Shown here: piece by piece, positions 36,221-49,800 of the stretch
Layout: the number at the start of each line of letters is the position of its first letter
Numbering within the stretch: position 1 is the stretch's first letter
Assembly (NCBI GenBank): GCA_964016885.1
Contig: OZ024764.1
Coordinates: 6,138,001-6,202,000, forward strand
Source of the DNA: Eledone cirrhosa
Lineage: Eukaryota
DNA: 64,000 nucleotides
Direction: 5' to 3'
Made by a program: the position numbers and the translations under genes
The notes under the pieces: model-generated
Database searches by the model: none
What the model was told of the DNA's origin: nothing
The model's input: only the letters and a program-made list of their open reading frames with translations

Positions 36221-36222
<2 letters not shown>
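35612..36222 (+). mobile_element. Internally deleted (bipartite) non-autonomous RTE derivative
   Basis: RTE 5'-UTR-like motif CTAGGAGAAGGAAAACTCTGAT (35850) joined to a C-terminal C2H2-like CSVCTRVFKSLAGLKSHTCSAH* (36090-36162) and a short tail; no RT between them. Confidence 0.55.
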
Positions 36223-36251
<29 letters not shown>

Positions 36252-36309
36252 AATTATTGTGTACAGTGCTCAGGTGCACTACAACTCATCAAAGGTGCAT
36301 GTATAGTAC

Positions 36310-36900
<591 letters not shown>

Positions 36901-37041
36901 TGTATGTGTGTGTTTATTTATCTGAAATGCATGAATGCCTCAAACACGTCTTCCCTCAGCCAGATGAAATATTAACGCTATGTTGTTACTGAGGTGTTGT
37001 GTGAGTTACTTCCCTTTACAAATCTCTCCTTGTTAAAATAT

Positions 37042-37350
37042 TTAGTGATACCTCGCACTACCAGTTTAATTCATTCTGTGACTGAGTTTGTTTTACGATT
37101 TATTCGTTTTACAAATAAATTTTCTCCATTGAAATTAATTAAAATATAAATAATCCGTTCCAACCCCCTAAAATGACCCCCACAATAATTTTTTTATCGG
37201 TTTTAAAACAGAATAGGTGCAGTTACAAGGAAAATGACAATTATAAAAACCGTAATAAAAGAGAATGCAAAATAAATATGTAAACTAGTTTTATATATTG
37301 TATGAAATTCGCTCGTACTGCAGATTTCCACTCGTATTACAGGACAAAAC
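37042..37350 (+). mobile_element. Possible Tigger-like MITE remnant
   Basis: AGTGATACCTCGCACTACCAGTTTAATTCATTCTGTGAC and GCTCGTAC/CTCGTATT motifs resemble Tigger7/MER44-type ends. Confidence 0.35.
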
Positions 37351-37399
37351 TTCACTCAAGCCCTGTGTAAATATCTACTTGTCTTTATAACTACTTTCT

Positions 37400-37730
37400 C
37401 CAAGTACCGGTCGCTCTCCGACATGTTCGCGGCCGTGCCCTTGGCAGTAGAGACTTCTGGTGTAATTGACCCTAGGGCTACCTCCCTGTTGACCACCATA
37501 GGCCCTGAGCTAGCCAGCCGCAGGTGTGAGCCTCGCGAGTTGGAGTGACTCTTCCAGCGCATCTCCCTGGCCAACCCTCCGGGGAAACACCTTCTCCATT
37601 CTGTCCGCCGGGGCTGTGGGGCGGCCAGCACGTGGGACCCCTATTTGCTCACCATACGGAGAGATGTGGAGGGCGAGAGAGATGGAAGCGATGACAGAGG
37701 GAGTTCGGCTCTTCCACGTTCGGACCATAT
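37400..37730 (+). mobile_element. CRE-clade non-LTR retrotransposon 3' fragment (unamplified parent of the 79-bp array)
   Basis: KYRSLSDMFAAVPLAVETSGVIDPRATSLLTTIGPELASRRCEPRELE*LFQRISLA../LRGNTFSILS, with a stop and a frameshift. Confidence 0.75.
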
Positions 37731-37754
37731 CCTTGGGGTTGTGTTCATTATCTA

Positions 37755-37832
37755 TCAGTATCGGTGGAGGGTCGGACGCCATGCTTTCCAGCATAGTTAC
37801 GTCCCTTTACGATCTGGGTTCAAATCCCGCTG
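37755..37832 (+). mobile_element. SINE family A head fragment
   Basis: CAGTATCGGTGGAGGGTCGGACGCCATGCTTTCCAGCATAGTTACGTCCC nearly identical to 51585-51650. Confidence 0.8.
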
Positions 37833-38085
37833 GGTACCAAAAACTTTGGCACGCCCTCATCAGATAAAATACAAAATTTGTTTTATGAATAGTGACATAC
37901 CCCAGAAACCAGACCTTTTGGTACCCTTGAAATATATATAATAAAAAAATAAATATGGTTTTATAAATATAGTTTCCATTTATTAATATCATTGATATTA
38001 TAATCCTGGAACACTGTTGAGTGCTTCGAATCTGTTATAAATAGATTTGTTGAATTACCAACAAATTAAATATCTCTTTGCTTAT

Positions 38086-38423
38086 CATCATCATCATCAT
38101 TTTACGTCCACTTTTCCCTGCTTGCAAGGGTGGGACGGGAACTGATTCTGGCTTGATTTCTACAGCTGGATGCCCTTCCTAACATTAACCTCATTTACAG
38201 TGAGTGCTGGGTGCTTTTTTGCTGTGGCACCTCCACGACCACTTTGCAGTGGAATGATAGGGACCCCAGTCCCTATCATCTCATTTCTACAGCTGAGTAA
38301 ACTGCAGCAATGTGAAATAAAGTGTCTTGCTCAAGGAAACAACACATCACCCGGTCTGAGAATTGAACTCACAACTTTTCGATTGCAAGGCCAATGCTCT
38401 AACCACTAAGCCATGTGCCTCCA
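38086..38423 (-). mobile_element. Full-length tRNA-derived SINE family B with 8-bp TSD
   Basis: A box TGGCTTAGTGG, B box GAGTTCAATTC, (TGA)n tail; TTGCTTAT at 38078-38085 and 38424-38431. Confidence 0.92.
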
Positions 38424-38426
38424 TTG

Positions 38427-38585
<159 letters not shown>

Positions 38586-39586
38586 CCACCACAACCAATG
38601 GATTCCACACCACCGGTCATCGTTCCAGCTATCCACTCCACAACATGAAAAACACCCAACAACTCATCACACACTCCATGGAACTACCTTAGGAACTTAT
38701 CCACGGACATACACTCACAATTTTTTTCGAACCACGCCACCTACATCCACACCATGTATAAACACCAACACACACATGCGTACCCCCACATATACACACT
38801 CAGCCTTCGGAATCCACATGCCTCCTCGGACCTCCCTCTCCCTACTCCACCTGCCACCACCCCACATGCCTCACACCCTTCCACCACTTGTTTATCCGTA
38901 TGTTTATTTTTATTTTTATTTGTACCCTTCCACCGTTTTTCCTCCCTTTTCCTCCTTTTTTCTAAATGTATATATATATATCTATATATTAATTTCAACA
39001 ATGTCAGTATTCCGTGGGTCATTATTCTCGATTATCATTGGTTCATAGGTTTCAAATGACTCCGCCCACCTCAACGACGCCAAACTGAAATTAATATGCA
39101 TAATGCCAATGAGGGAGTGAGAGGGGAGAGTAATAAACAGAGAGGCAAAGTGAACGCTGTGTTGGATAGACTATGTATATGTGTCAGTGTAGAGACATAT
39201 GTGTGTGGAAGTAAGAGGTGAAGGAAAACAATAACTATTAACATGCGTGCGTGTGTATGTACGTGCACGTATGTTTATGTGTCTGTGCGTGCGTGCAGCG
39301 TTCCTCAGAAAGTAAAAACTACCAACATGTGTGAGTGTGTGCGTGTGTAAATTTGCGTGCATGTATGTGTGTGCGCGATTTCATGCGTGTATGTGTGTGT
39401 GCGGCGATTCCATGCTTGTATGTGTGTGCGCGATTCCATGCGTGTATGTGTGTGGTGTTCCACAATCGCCACACTGTTTATCTGTCTGTGTGCCTGTCTG
39501 TTAGTCTAACATACACAAAGTTGTGAAGGGAGTAAATAGGGACTTTTTTTTACATTGACGGACATCTTTTATATTAATTATCTATA

Positions 39587-39989
39587 TCTATATCTACATA
39601 TAATATAAAAGATTGGAACTTCCATCATCCTTTTGAGAAACGTGGAACAACCACGTCTATGCAATGATACACGTTTTACAGTCAGGCAGAAGATGAACCA
39701 TTTCCTAGAGGTCACTATTCTAGGTGGGAGCACCTAGAATTGTTCATATGTCACTATTCTAGGTTGGAGCACCTAGAATTGTTCATATGTCACTATTCTA
39801 GGTGGGAGCACCTAGAATTGTTCATATACTATGCACAAACGGTACAACGAAGAATCTGGTATATCTGGAAGATTTTTTTTTACTGTTTTCTGTATCACAC
39901 AAACACCACGAACTCGCCTCATACTGTAACCAGACAAACATCCAATACAGTCATCTGTTTACTCGGGCGAAGCTGGATATGTCAGCTAG
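39587..39989 (+). mobile_element. Non-autonomous Helitron containing 3 copies of a 39-bp hairpin repeat
   Basis: 5' TCTA(C/T)ATATAATATAAAAG; 3' CGGGCGAAGCTGGATATGTCAGCTAG|T; repeats at 39712, 39751 and 39790. Confidence 0.6.
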
Positions 39990-40202
39990 TATATATAAAT
40001 TACACAATTATCAAAGTTATGTTCAAATCATTTGAACAGAACTTTGATAATTGTGTAATTTATATTCCTGCTCTGTAAAACACCTGATGTTCTTACATTG
40101 AGCTATTTCCCTTACTGGTAATAGGGTAGTAGGAAATTACTGACCTTTCCTGTTTATATTTGTCTATAGTGTATACATAACTATAAATAGTATCATTATT
40201 TT

Positions 40203-40500
40203 TGCAAATCCCGCCGAGGTTGACTTTGCCTTTCATCCTTACGGGGTCGATAAAATAAAGTACCAGTAATGCACTGGGTGATTGCTGGCCTTGTGCCTAA
40301 AGTAGAAACAATTATTTTTGGCAGTATCGGCAGAGGGTCGGATGCCATGCTTTGACGCATAGAGTTACGGCCCTTGCCATTCTGAGTTCAAATCCCGCCG
40401 AGGTTAACTTTACCTTTCATCCTTACGGGGTCGATAAAATAAAGTACCAGTAATGTACTGGGAATTTGCTGGCCTTGTGCCTAAAGTAGAAACAATTATT
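40203..40500 (+). mobile_element. Two tandem SINE family A copies (partial plus near full-length)
   Basis: AAATCCCGCCGAGGTT...GGGGTCGATAAAATAAAGTACCAG...GTAGAAACAATTATT occurs twice. Confidence 0.88.
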
Positions 40501-40645
40501 ATTATATATACATGTGTATATATATATATATATATATGTATATAGTTATAGCAATGTGTGTGTATATATATATACATACATAAATATATATATACATACA
40601 TATATATACATATATATATGTATGTATATATATGAATGCTTATAC

Positions 40646-40685
<40 letters not shown>

Positions 40686-40723
40686 GTGTATATATGTAGG
40701 ACACCATAATTAGAATAAGAGAA

Positions 40724-40762
<39 letters not shown>

Positions 40763-40975
40763 TACATATATACATATATACATAAATACAAACATACATA
40801 CATACATATATACATACATAAATACAAACACACACACATACATACATATATACATATCTACATACATAAATACAAACACACACACACACATACATATATA
40901 CAAACATACATAAACACATACATACATATATACACATATGCATATATAATACACATATATATATACATACGCACA
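40500..40975. repeat. (TA)/(CA)/(TACA) microsatellites
   Basis: Direct reading. Confidence 0.9.
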
Positions 40976-41271
40976 TAGTAAATCCCCTCTCTCACATCAC
41001 CTCTCCTCTCTCTATCCCTCCCTCCTTCTTTTCATACTCTCTTCTTCTCCCTCCTACTCTTTCCCTCCCTCCCTCCCTCTTTTTCACACACACACTCTCT
41101 CTCTCTCCTTATCCCCTTGTTTTCTCTTTGTTGTTTGAAAGGGGCCCCCAGGTGTATGTGGAGGGAGGGTGGTAGACAGTTTAGGGGTCAGTGAACAGGG
41201 AGATAGTATCTGTGGGTCAGTGTGAACTTAACTGACCTGGTCTTGACTTGGTCATAGGTCACACCTTCCTG

Positions 41272-42328
41272 TCACCACCACCACCAACACCTATAACATA
41301 CCACCAGCATCTCCACCACCACCACCACCACCTATAACATACCACCAGCATCTCCACCACCACCTATAACATACCACCAGCATCTCCACCACCACCACCA
41401 CCTGAAACATACCAGCAGCATCTCCATCATCACCACCTATAACATACCACCAGCATCTCCACCACCACCTGAAACATACCAGCAGTATCTCCACCACCAT
41501 CATCACCACCACCATCACCACCATCAACATCATCAACACCACCATCACCATCTCCACCACCACCACCAACACCTAAAACATACCACCAGCATCTCCACCA
41601 CCACCACCACCAACACCACCACCACCACCACCATCAACACCACCACCACCATCAACACCAACACCACCACCACCATCAACACCATCATCAACACCACCAC
41701 CACCACCAACACCAACACCACCATCAACACCACCACCACCATCAACACCACCACCACCACCACCATCAACACCACCACCACCATCAACACCACCATCAAC
41801 ACCACCACCACCACCACCATCAACACCAACACCACCACCATCAACACCACCACCATCAACACCAACACCACCATCACCAACACCACCGTCAACACCACCA
41901 CCACCATCAACACCACCACCACCACCATCAACCCTACCACCACCAACACCACCACCACCACCATCAACTCCACCACCACCACCACCACCATCAACACCAC
42001 CACCACCACCACCAACACCACCACCACCACCACCACCAACACCACCAACACCACCACCACCACCATCAACACCACCACCACCATCAACACCACCACCAAC
42101 ACCACCAACACCACCACCAACACCACCATCAACACCACCACCACCACCATCAACACCACCATCACCATCAACACCACCACCACCACCACCACCATCAACA
42201 CCACCACCACCACCATCAACACCACCACCACCACCACCACCATCAACACCACCAACACCAACACCACCACCACCACCACCACCATCAACACCACCAACAC
42301 CACCACCACCACCACCACCACCAACACC
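41272..42328. repeat. (CAC)n-rich tract with ATCAAC and TATAACATACCACCAGCATCT interruptions
   Basis: Direct reading. Confidence 0.9.
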
Positions 42329-42449
42329 CTCTAGCCCCAGCTGTAACCAAATCCCCTTCCTAACCTCACCTAAGGTCCAGTATCTCCAGTTAGGGAGGAA
42401 GTATATGTTGGTAACAAGGACCCTTAAGTTTGGGGAACCTTTATTAAAG

Positions 42450-42570
42450 GATTATATATATATATGTGTGTTTATATGTATTTATATGTTTATATGTGTG
42501 TATGTTTATATGTATATATATATGTGTGTGTGTTTATATGTGTATATATATATATATATATGTGTGTGTT

Positions 42571-42619
<49 letters not shown>

Positions 42620-42639
42620 GTGTGTGTGTTTATATGTAT

Positions 42640-42693
<54 letters not shown>

Positions 42694-42777
42694 GGTCTCT
42701 GTGTGAGTTTATATATATATATATGTGTGTGTGTTTATATGTATATATTTATGCATGTATGTGTGTGTGTTTATATG

Positions 42778-42828
<51 letters not shown>

Positions 42829-42971
42829 TTATATGTATATATATATATCTCTGTGTGTGTTTATATGTATAGATATATATGTGTGTGTGTGTTTATATGT
42901 ATATATATATATGTCTGTGTGTGTGTTTATATGTATATATATATATATGTGTGTTTTTATATATACGTGTT

Positions 42972-43009
<38 letters not shown>

Positions 43010-43145
43010 TGTTTATGTATATATATAAACGTGTGTTTATATATATGTGTGTCTGTGTTTATATATATATATATGTGTGTCTGTGTTTATATATATATAT
43101 ATATATATACATACATATAAACGCACAAACATACACACACACACT
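42450..43145. repeat. (TA)/(TG) microsatellites
   Basis: Direct reading. Confidence 0.9.
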
Positions 43146-43332
43146 ATATCAGTTGTTGGAGGTAATCCCTTCTTAATTGTATCCCTTCCGCCAGCCCCAG
43201 TGACTAATTGACCCTTGTAGATTTAGGACAGTTAGGGGTGTGATGGGGTGGAGACCTTCTTTCATTCCCTCTCTGCCTTCTCCTCTTCAGTGGTCCTTTA
43301 ATCCAGTATGGTGGTCAGTGTTTTGTTGTGGC

Positions 43333-45693
43333 TGTTGTTGTTTAGCCCCAGGTCAGTCCTGATCCAGCAGACCTATGATCAAAGGTGTTCCAGCTCTGAC
43401 CATCCTGTCTTATATACAGACACAGTGTACCTAGGACTACATTATCTAATGTGTCCTGTCTTATATACAGACACAGTGTACCTAGGACTACATTATCTAA
43501 TGTGTCCTGTCTTATATACAGACACAGTGTACCTAGGACTACATTATCTAATGTGTCCTGTCTTATATACAGACACAGTGTACCTAGGACTACACTATCT
43601 AATGTGTCCTGTCTTATATACAGACACAGTGTACCTAGGACTACATTATCTAATGTGTCCTGTCTTATATACAGACACAGTGTACCTAGGACTACACTAT
43701 CTAATGTGTCCTGTCTTATATACAGACACAGTCTATCTAGGACTACATTATCTAATGTGTCCTGTCTTATATACAGACACAGTGTACCTAGGACTACATT
43801 ATCTAATGTGTCCTGTCTTATATACAGACACAGTGTACCTAGGACTACATTATCTAATGTGTCCTGTCTTATATACAGACACAGTGTACCTAGGACTACA
43901 TTATCTAATGTGTCCTGTCTTATATACAGACACAGTGTACCTAGGACTACATTATCTAATGTGTCTTGTCTTATATACAGACACAGTCTACCTAGGACTA
44001 CATTATCTAATGTGTCCTGTCTTATATACAGACACAGTGTACCTAGGACTACATTATCTAATGTGTCCTGTCTTATATACAGACACAGTGTACCTAGGAC
44101 TACATTATCTAATGTGTCCTGTCTTATATACAGACACAGTGTACCTAGGACTACATTATCTAATGTGTCCTGTCTTATATACAGACACAGTGTACCTAGG
44201 ACTACATTATCTAATGTGTCTTGTCTTATATACAGACACAGTCTACCTAGGACTACATTATCTAATGTGTCCTGTCTTATATACAGACACAGTGTACCTA
44301 GGACTACATTATCTAATGTGTCCTGTCTTATATACAGACACAGTGTACCTAGGACTACATTATCTAATGTGGCCTGTCTTATATACAGACACAGTGTACC
44401 TAGGACTACATTATCTAATGTGTCCTGTCTTATATACAGACACAGTCTACCTAGGACTACATTATCTAATGTGTCCTGTCTTATATACAGACACAGTGTA
44501 CCTAGGACTACATTATCTAATGTGTCCTGTCTTATATACAGACACAGTGTACCTAGGACTACATTATCTAATGTGTCCTGTCTTATATACAGACACAGTG
44601 TACCTAGGACTACATTATCTAATGTGTCCTGTCTTATATACAGACACAGTGTATCTAGGACTACATTATCTAATGTGTCCTGTCTTATATACAGACACAG
44701 TGTATCTAGGACTACATTATCTAATGTGTCCTGTCTTATATACAGACACAGTGTATCTAGGACTACACTATCTAATGTGTCCTGTCTTATATACAGACAC
44801 AGTGTACCTAGGACTACATTATCTAATGTGTCCTGTCTTATATACAGACACAGTGTACCTAGGACTACATTATCTAATGTGTCCTGTCTTATATACAGAC
44901 ACAGTGTATCTAGGACTACACTATCTAATGTGTCCTGTCTTATATACAGACACAGTGTACCTAGGACTACATTATCTAATGTGTCCTGTCTTATATACAG
45001 ACACAGTGTACCTAGGACTACATTATCTAATGTGTCCTGTCTTATATACAGACACAGTGTACCTAGGACTACATTATCTAATGTGTCCTGTCTTATATAC
45101 AGACACAGTGTACCTAGGACTACATTATCTAATGTGTCCTGTCTTATATACAGACACAGTGTACCTAGGACTACATTATCTAATGTGTCCTGTCTTATAT
45201 ACAGACACAGTGTACCTAGGACTACATTATCTAATGTGTCCTGTCTTATATACAGACACAGTGTACCTAGGACTACATTATCTAATGTGTCCTGTCTTAT
45301 ATACAGACACAGTGTACCTAGATTAGATAATGTAGTCCTAGATACACTGTGTCTGTATATAAGACAGGACACATTAGACATGTAGTCCTAGGTACACTGT
45401 GTCTGTATATAAGACAGGACACATTAGACAATGTAGTCCTAGATACACTGTGTCTGTATATAAGACAGGACACATTAGATAATGTAGTCCTAGCTACACT
45501 GTGTCTGTATATAAGACAGGACACATTAGATAATGTAGTCCTAGGTACACTGTGTCTGTATATAAGACAGGACACATTAGATAATGTAGTCCTAGGTACA
45601 CTGTGTCTGTATATAAGACAGGATGGTCAGAGCTGGAGCATCTTTGATCATAGGACTATAGGATCAGGACTGACCTGGGGTTAAACAACAACA
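43333..45693. repeat. Foldback structure: ~38 direct copies and ~6 inverted copies of a 51-bp unit, bracketed by ~75-bp inverted unique ends with (GTT)/(AAC) termini
   Basis: Left end TTTAGCCCCAGGTCAGTCCTGATCC...CTCTGACCATCCTGTCT versus right end AGACAGGATGGTCAGAG...GGATCAGGACTGACCTGGGGTTAAA; orientation switch at 45321/45322. Confidence 0.92.
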
Positions 45694-46144
45694 AGTAAAG
45701 ACAGCTGAAGGGTAACTGGGTTGGCTGTGAGTTGTTTGAGAGTGATTAAGGGTAGAAAAGGGCTAGCTAAGGATGACTGTGGTGACTGAGGTTGTTTAAG
45801 GGTAGAAATAGGGTACCTAAGTGTAGTTGTGGGTAGATAAGGGGTCTCTTGGTATCTTCTCTTGGCCATAGAAATATATGTTGTCAGTGAACCCATTCTT
45901 TTTTAACTAAAATAATATGATGTGGGATAGGGAGGTGTTTCCAAATCTGTCCCCTATTTATTTCCAGTTCATCATCTGCTTTCCCAAAGGGATTTACTGG
46001 CCATTTAAAGTTGAGGGTTTCTCTTTCTCTCTCTCCTCTCTCTTTCTCTCTCAGCTCCTCTCCCTCCCCGCCCTCCCTCTCTTTCCTATGGTCTCTTTTA
46101 GGGAGTGGGGGCTGCTAGTTTATATTTTGATTGTCTCTTTTTGA

Positions 46145-46700
46145 TGGAGATGGTGTGATGATTACTGCAGTGTCCCTGGTGATGGTGGTGGTGGTGGTGG
46201 TGATTAAGATGGTGGTGGTGGTGGTGGTGGTGATAGTGATTAAGATGGTGGTGGTGGTGGTTGTGATGGTGTTAGTGATTAAGATGGTGGTGGTGGTGGT
46301 GGCGGTGGTGATAGTGATTAAGATGGTGGTGGTGGTGGTGGTGGTGATAGTGATTTAGATGGTGGTGGTGGTGGTTGTGGTGATAGTGATTTAGATGGTG
46401 GTGGTGGTGGTGGTGGTGTTAGTGATTAAGATGGTGGTGGTGGTGGTGGTGGTTGTGGTTGTGATGGTGTTAGTGATTAAGATGGTGGTGGTGTTGGTGG
46501 TGGTGGTGGGGGTGGTGATAGTGATTAAGATGGTGGTGGTGGTGATAGTGATTAAAGTGGTTGTGGTGGTGGTAGTTGTGGTTGTGGTGGTGGTGGTGGT
46601 GGTAGTTGTGGTTGTGATGGTGGTGGTGGTGGTGGTTGTGGTTGTGATAGTGATTAAGATGGTGGTGGTGGTGATGGTGATAGTGATTAAGGTGGAGTTA
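46145..46700. repeat. (GGT)n tract punctuated by GATAGTGATTAAGAT
   Basis: Direct reading. Confidence 0.9.
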
Positions 46701-46817
46701 AGGAAGTTTGATTATTTGGCACATTCTTCCCCCCCCTCCCCTCCACTGTAGACTGGATGTCTTCGTTCTCTTAGTCTTTTTTTCTCTCTCATTGTCTCAC
46801 AGACACACAGACACTCA

Positions 46818-48292
46818 TTTATCCCTTTAACATTTACATTACTCTATATATACTATTGTATTTTAAAGGCTTTACCTCACATAATATCTCACATAACATT
46901 TACATTACTCTATATATACTATTGTATTTTCACAGTAAAGGCTTTACCTCACATAATATCTCACATAACATTTACATTACTCTATATATACTATTGTATT
47001 GTCACAGTAAAGGCTTTACCTCACATAATATCTCACATAACATTTACATTACTCTATATATACTATTGTATTTTCACAGTAAAGGCTTTACCTCACATAA
47101 TATCTCACATAACATTTACATTACTCTATATATACTATTGTATTTTCACAGTAAAGGCTTTACCTCACATAATATCTCACATAACATTTTCATTACTCTA
47201 TATATACTATTGTATTTTCACAGTAAAGGCTTTACCTCACATAATATCTCACATAACATTTACATTACTCTATATATACTATTGTATTTTCACAGTAAAG
47301 GCTTTACCTCACTTAATATCTCACATAACATTTACATTACTCTATATATACTATTGTATTTTCACAGTAAAGGCTTTACCTCACATAATATCTCACATAA
47401 CATTTACATTACTCTATATATACTATTGTATTTTCACAGTAAAGGCTTTACCTCACATAATATCTCACATAGCATTTACATTACTCTATATATACTATTG
47501 TATTTTCACAGTAAAGGCTTTACCTCACATAATATCTCTCATAACATTTACATTACTCTATATATACTATTATATTTTCACGGTAAAGGCTTTACCTCAC
47601 ATAATATCTCACATAACATTTACATTACTCTATATATACTATTGTATTTTCACAGTAGAGGCTTTACCTCACATAACATTTACATTACTCTTTACCTCAC
47701 ATAATATCTCACATAACATTTACATTACTCTATATATACTATTGTATTGTCACAGTAAAGGCTTTACCTCACATAATATCTCACATAACATTTACATTAC
47801 TCTATATATACTATTGTATTTTCACAGTAAAGGCTTTACCTCACATAATATCTCACATAGCATTTACATTACTCTATATATACTATTGTATTTTCACAGT
47901 AAAGGCTTTACCTCACATAATATCTCTCATAACATTTACATTACTCTATATATACTATTATATTTTCACGGTAAAGGCTTTACCTCACATAATATCTCAC
48001 ATAACATTTACATTACTCTATATATACTATTGTATTTTCACAGTAGAGGCTTTACCTCACATAACATTTACATTACTCTTTACCTCACATAATATCTCAC
48101 ATAACATTTACATTACTCTATATATACTATTGTATTGTCACAGTAAAGGCTTTACCACACATAATATCTCACATACTATTGAATCTATGAGATTTTGATG
48201 TTATTTATTTTGAGAACAATACCTTAACATCAGTATGAGTGGCTGGTTACAACTGGTACGAACAGAAAGAAATGAGAGAAACCTGGCTGGTT
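46818..48292 (+). mobile_element. Second copy of the TTAA MITE with the 72-bp array expanded to ~19 copies; right TIR missing
   Basis: TTATCCCTTTAACATTTACATTAC start; the post-array GAATCTATGAGATTTTGA...GAGAACAATACCTTAACAT matches 31411-31460. Confidence 0.85.
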
Positions 48293-48519
48293 TATTCCTT
48301 ATCATTGACTGTTCCTCCTCCTCCTCCACCCGCCACTCTCCTCTCACTCCCCTTCCACCTTTCTCTCTCACTCTCCTCCCCTTCCCCTCCACCTTTCTCA
48401 CTCCCCTCCCCTCTATACCAGTTCTTACTGTTGTGTCTGTTGTTACTGTTGTAGTAACACTAGCCTCCAGTCCTTCCAGCAGGCTCTCCATGGAGGAAGA
48501 TAGTGGTTACAGCACCAGG

Positions 48520-49110
48520 CTCCCATCCACTCCCTCCAGCAGGCACGCAACGGAGGACTGTCCCCTTCTACTCCTCCACTCCCTCCAACAGGCACACCAT
48601 GGAGGTAGACAGTGCCATACCATCACAATGTCTCTCTTCACTCCCTCCAGCAGGCACACAATGGCAGACTGTCCCCCTCCACTCTCTCCAGCATGCACAC
48701 CATGGAGGACTGTACCCCTCCACTCCCTCCAGCAGGCACACCATGGAGGTAAACAGCGCCATACCATCACAATGTCTCCCTCCAGCAGGCACACCATGGA
48801 GGACTGTCTCCCTCCACTCCCTCCAGCAGGCACACCATGGAGGACTGTCCCCCTCCACTCCCTCCAGCAGTCACACCATGGAGGACTGTCCCCCTCCACT
48901 CCCTCCAGCAGGCATACCATGGAGGACTGTCCCCCTCCACTCCCTCCAGCAGTCACACCATGGAGGACTGTCTCCCTCCACTCCCTCCAGCAGGCATACC
49001 ATGGAGGACTGTCCCCCTCCACTCCCTCCAGCAGTCACACCATGGAGGACTGTCTCCCTCCACTCCCTCCAGCAGTCACACCATGGAGGTAGACAGTGTC
49101 AAACCATCAA
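48520..49110 (+). repeat. 41-bp C-rich minisatellite (CCATGGAGGACTGTCCCCCTCCACTCCCTCCAGCAGGCACA) with variant units
   Basis: CCATGG at 48794 and 48835 (period 41). Confidence 0.9.
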
Positions 49111-49407
49111 AATGTCCACATCCTTGTCTCTTCAATGCCAACCAGTTTATCGCTGTCTTCAATATTTTTATGCTCCTCGTTAAAATAAAATCCTTTCATT
49201 AATTCATATTTAATTAGTTTCTTTGTGACATTTCAGTGAAGTCATGTTGTTGTTGTTGTTGTTGTTCCAAGTTATGTAACCCCCCCCCCCCCCCCCAACA
49301 CACACACACACACCACCACCACCATACCACTCTGGACCCCTTCCAAAACCACACAGTCTTTCATTCAGATCCCCTTTACTAAAGTCTTTTAGTAATATAC
49401 AGTACAC

Positions 49408-49438
<31 letters not shown>

Positions 49439-49604
49439 TGCACATACACACATACATATAAATATATGTATATATAAATAAACACACACACAAATATATA
49501 TATATATATATTCTGTGTGTGTATATATGTGCATATCCACATATATATATATATATATGTAAGAATTGTTCTACCAAAGTTTTTTTAGTAATATACACCA
49601 TATG

Positions 49605-49642
<38 letters not shown>

Positions 49643-49800
49643 AGCAGGGAAAAGCAGGCATAAAATGATGACGATGATATATATATATATATCTGTAAAT
49701 CTCAGCTACCATTAAACAATCTGGATATTTCAGTTAGGGAGCAGTCAACAAAGGCCCCTTACTGCATTCTCTTCTGTGCCTTGCATAGACAAGACTTTTT

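Noticed and set aside
43262-43320. Strong polypyrimidine acceptor (CCTTCTCCTCTTCAG)
   Set aside because: No convincing coding exon or RUN-domain continuation follows; CT-rich tracts are common in this window
43308-45385. 644-679 aa ORFs on both strands
   Set aside because: They arise because the 51-bp unit is a multiple of 3 and lacks stops; no protein-like divergence or domain
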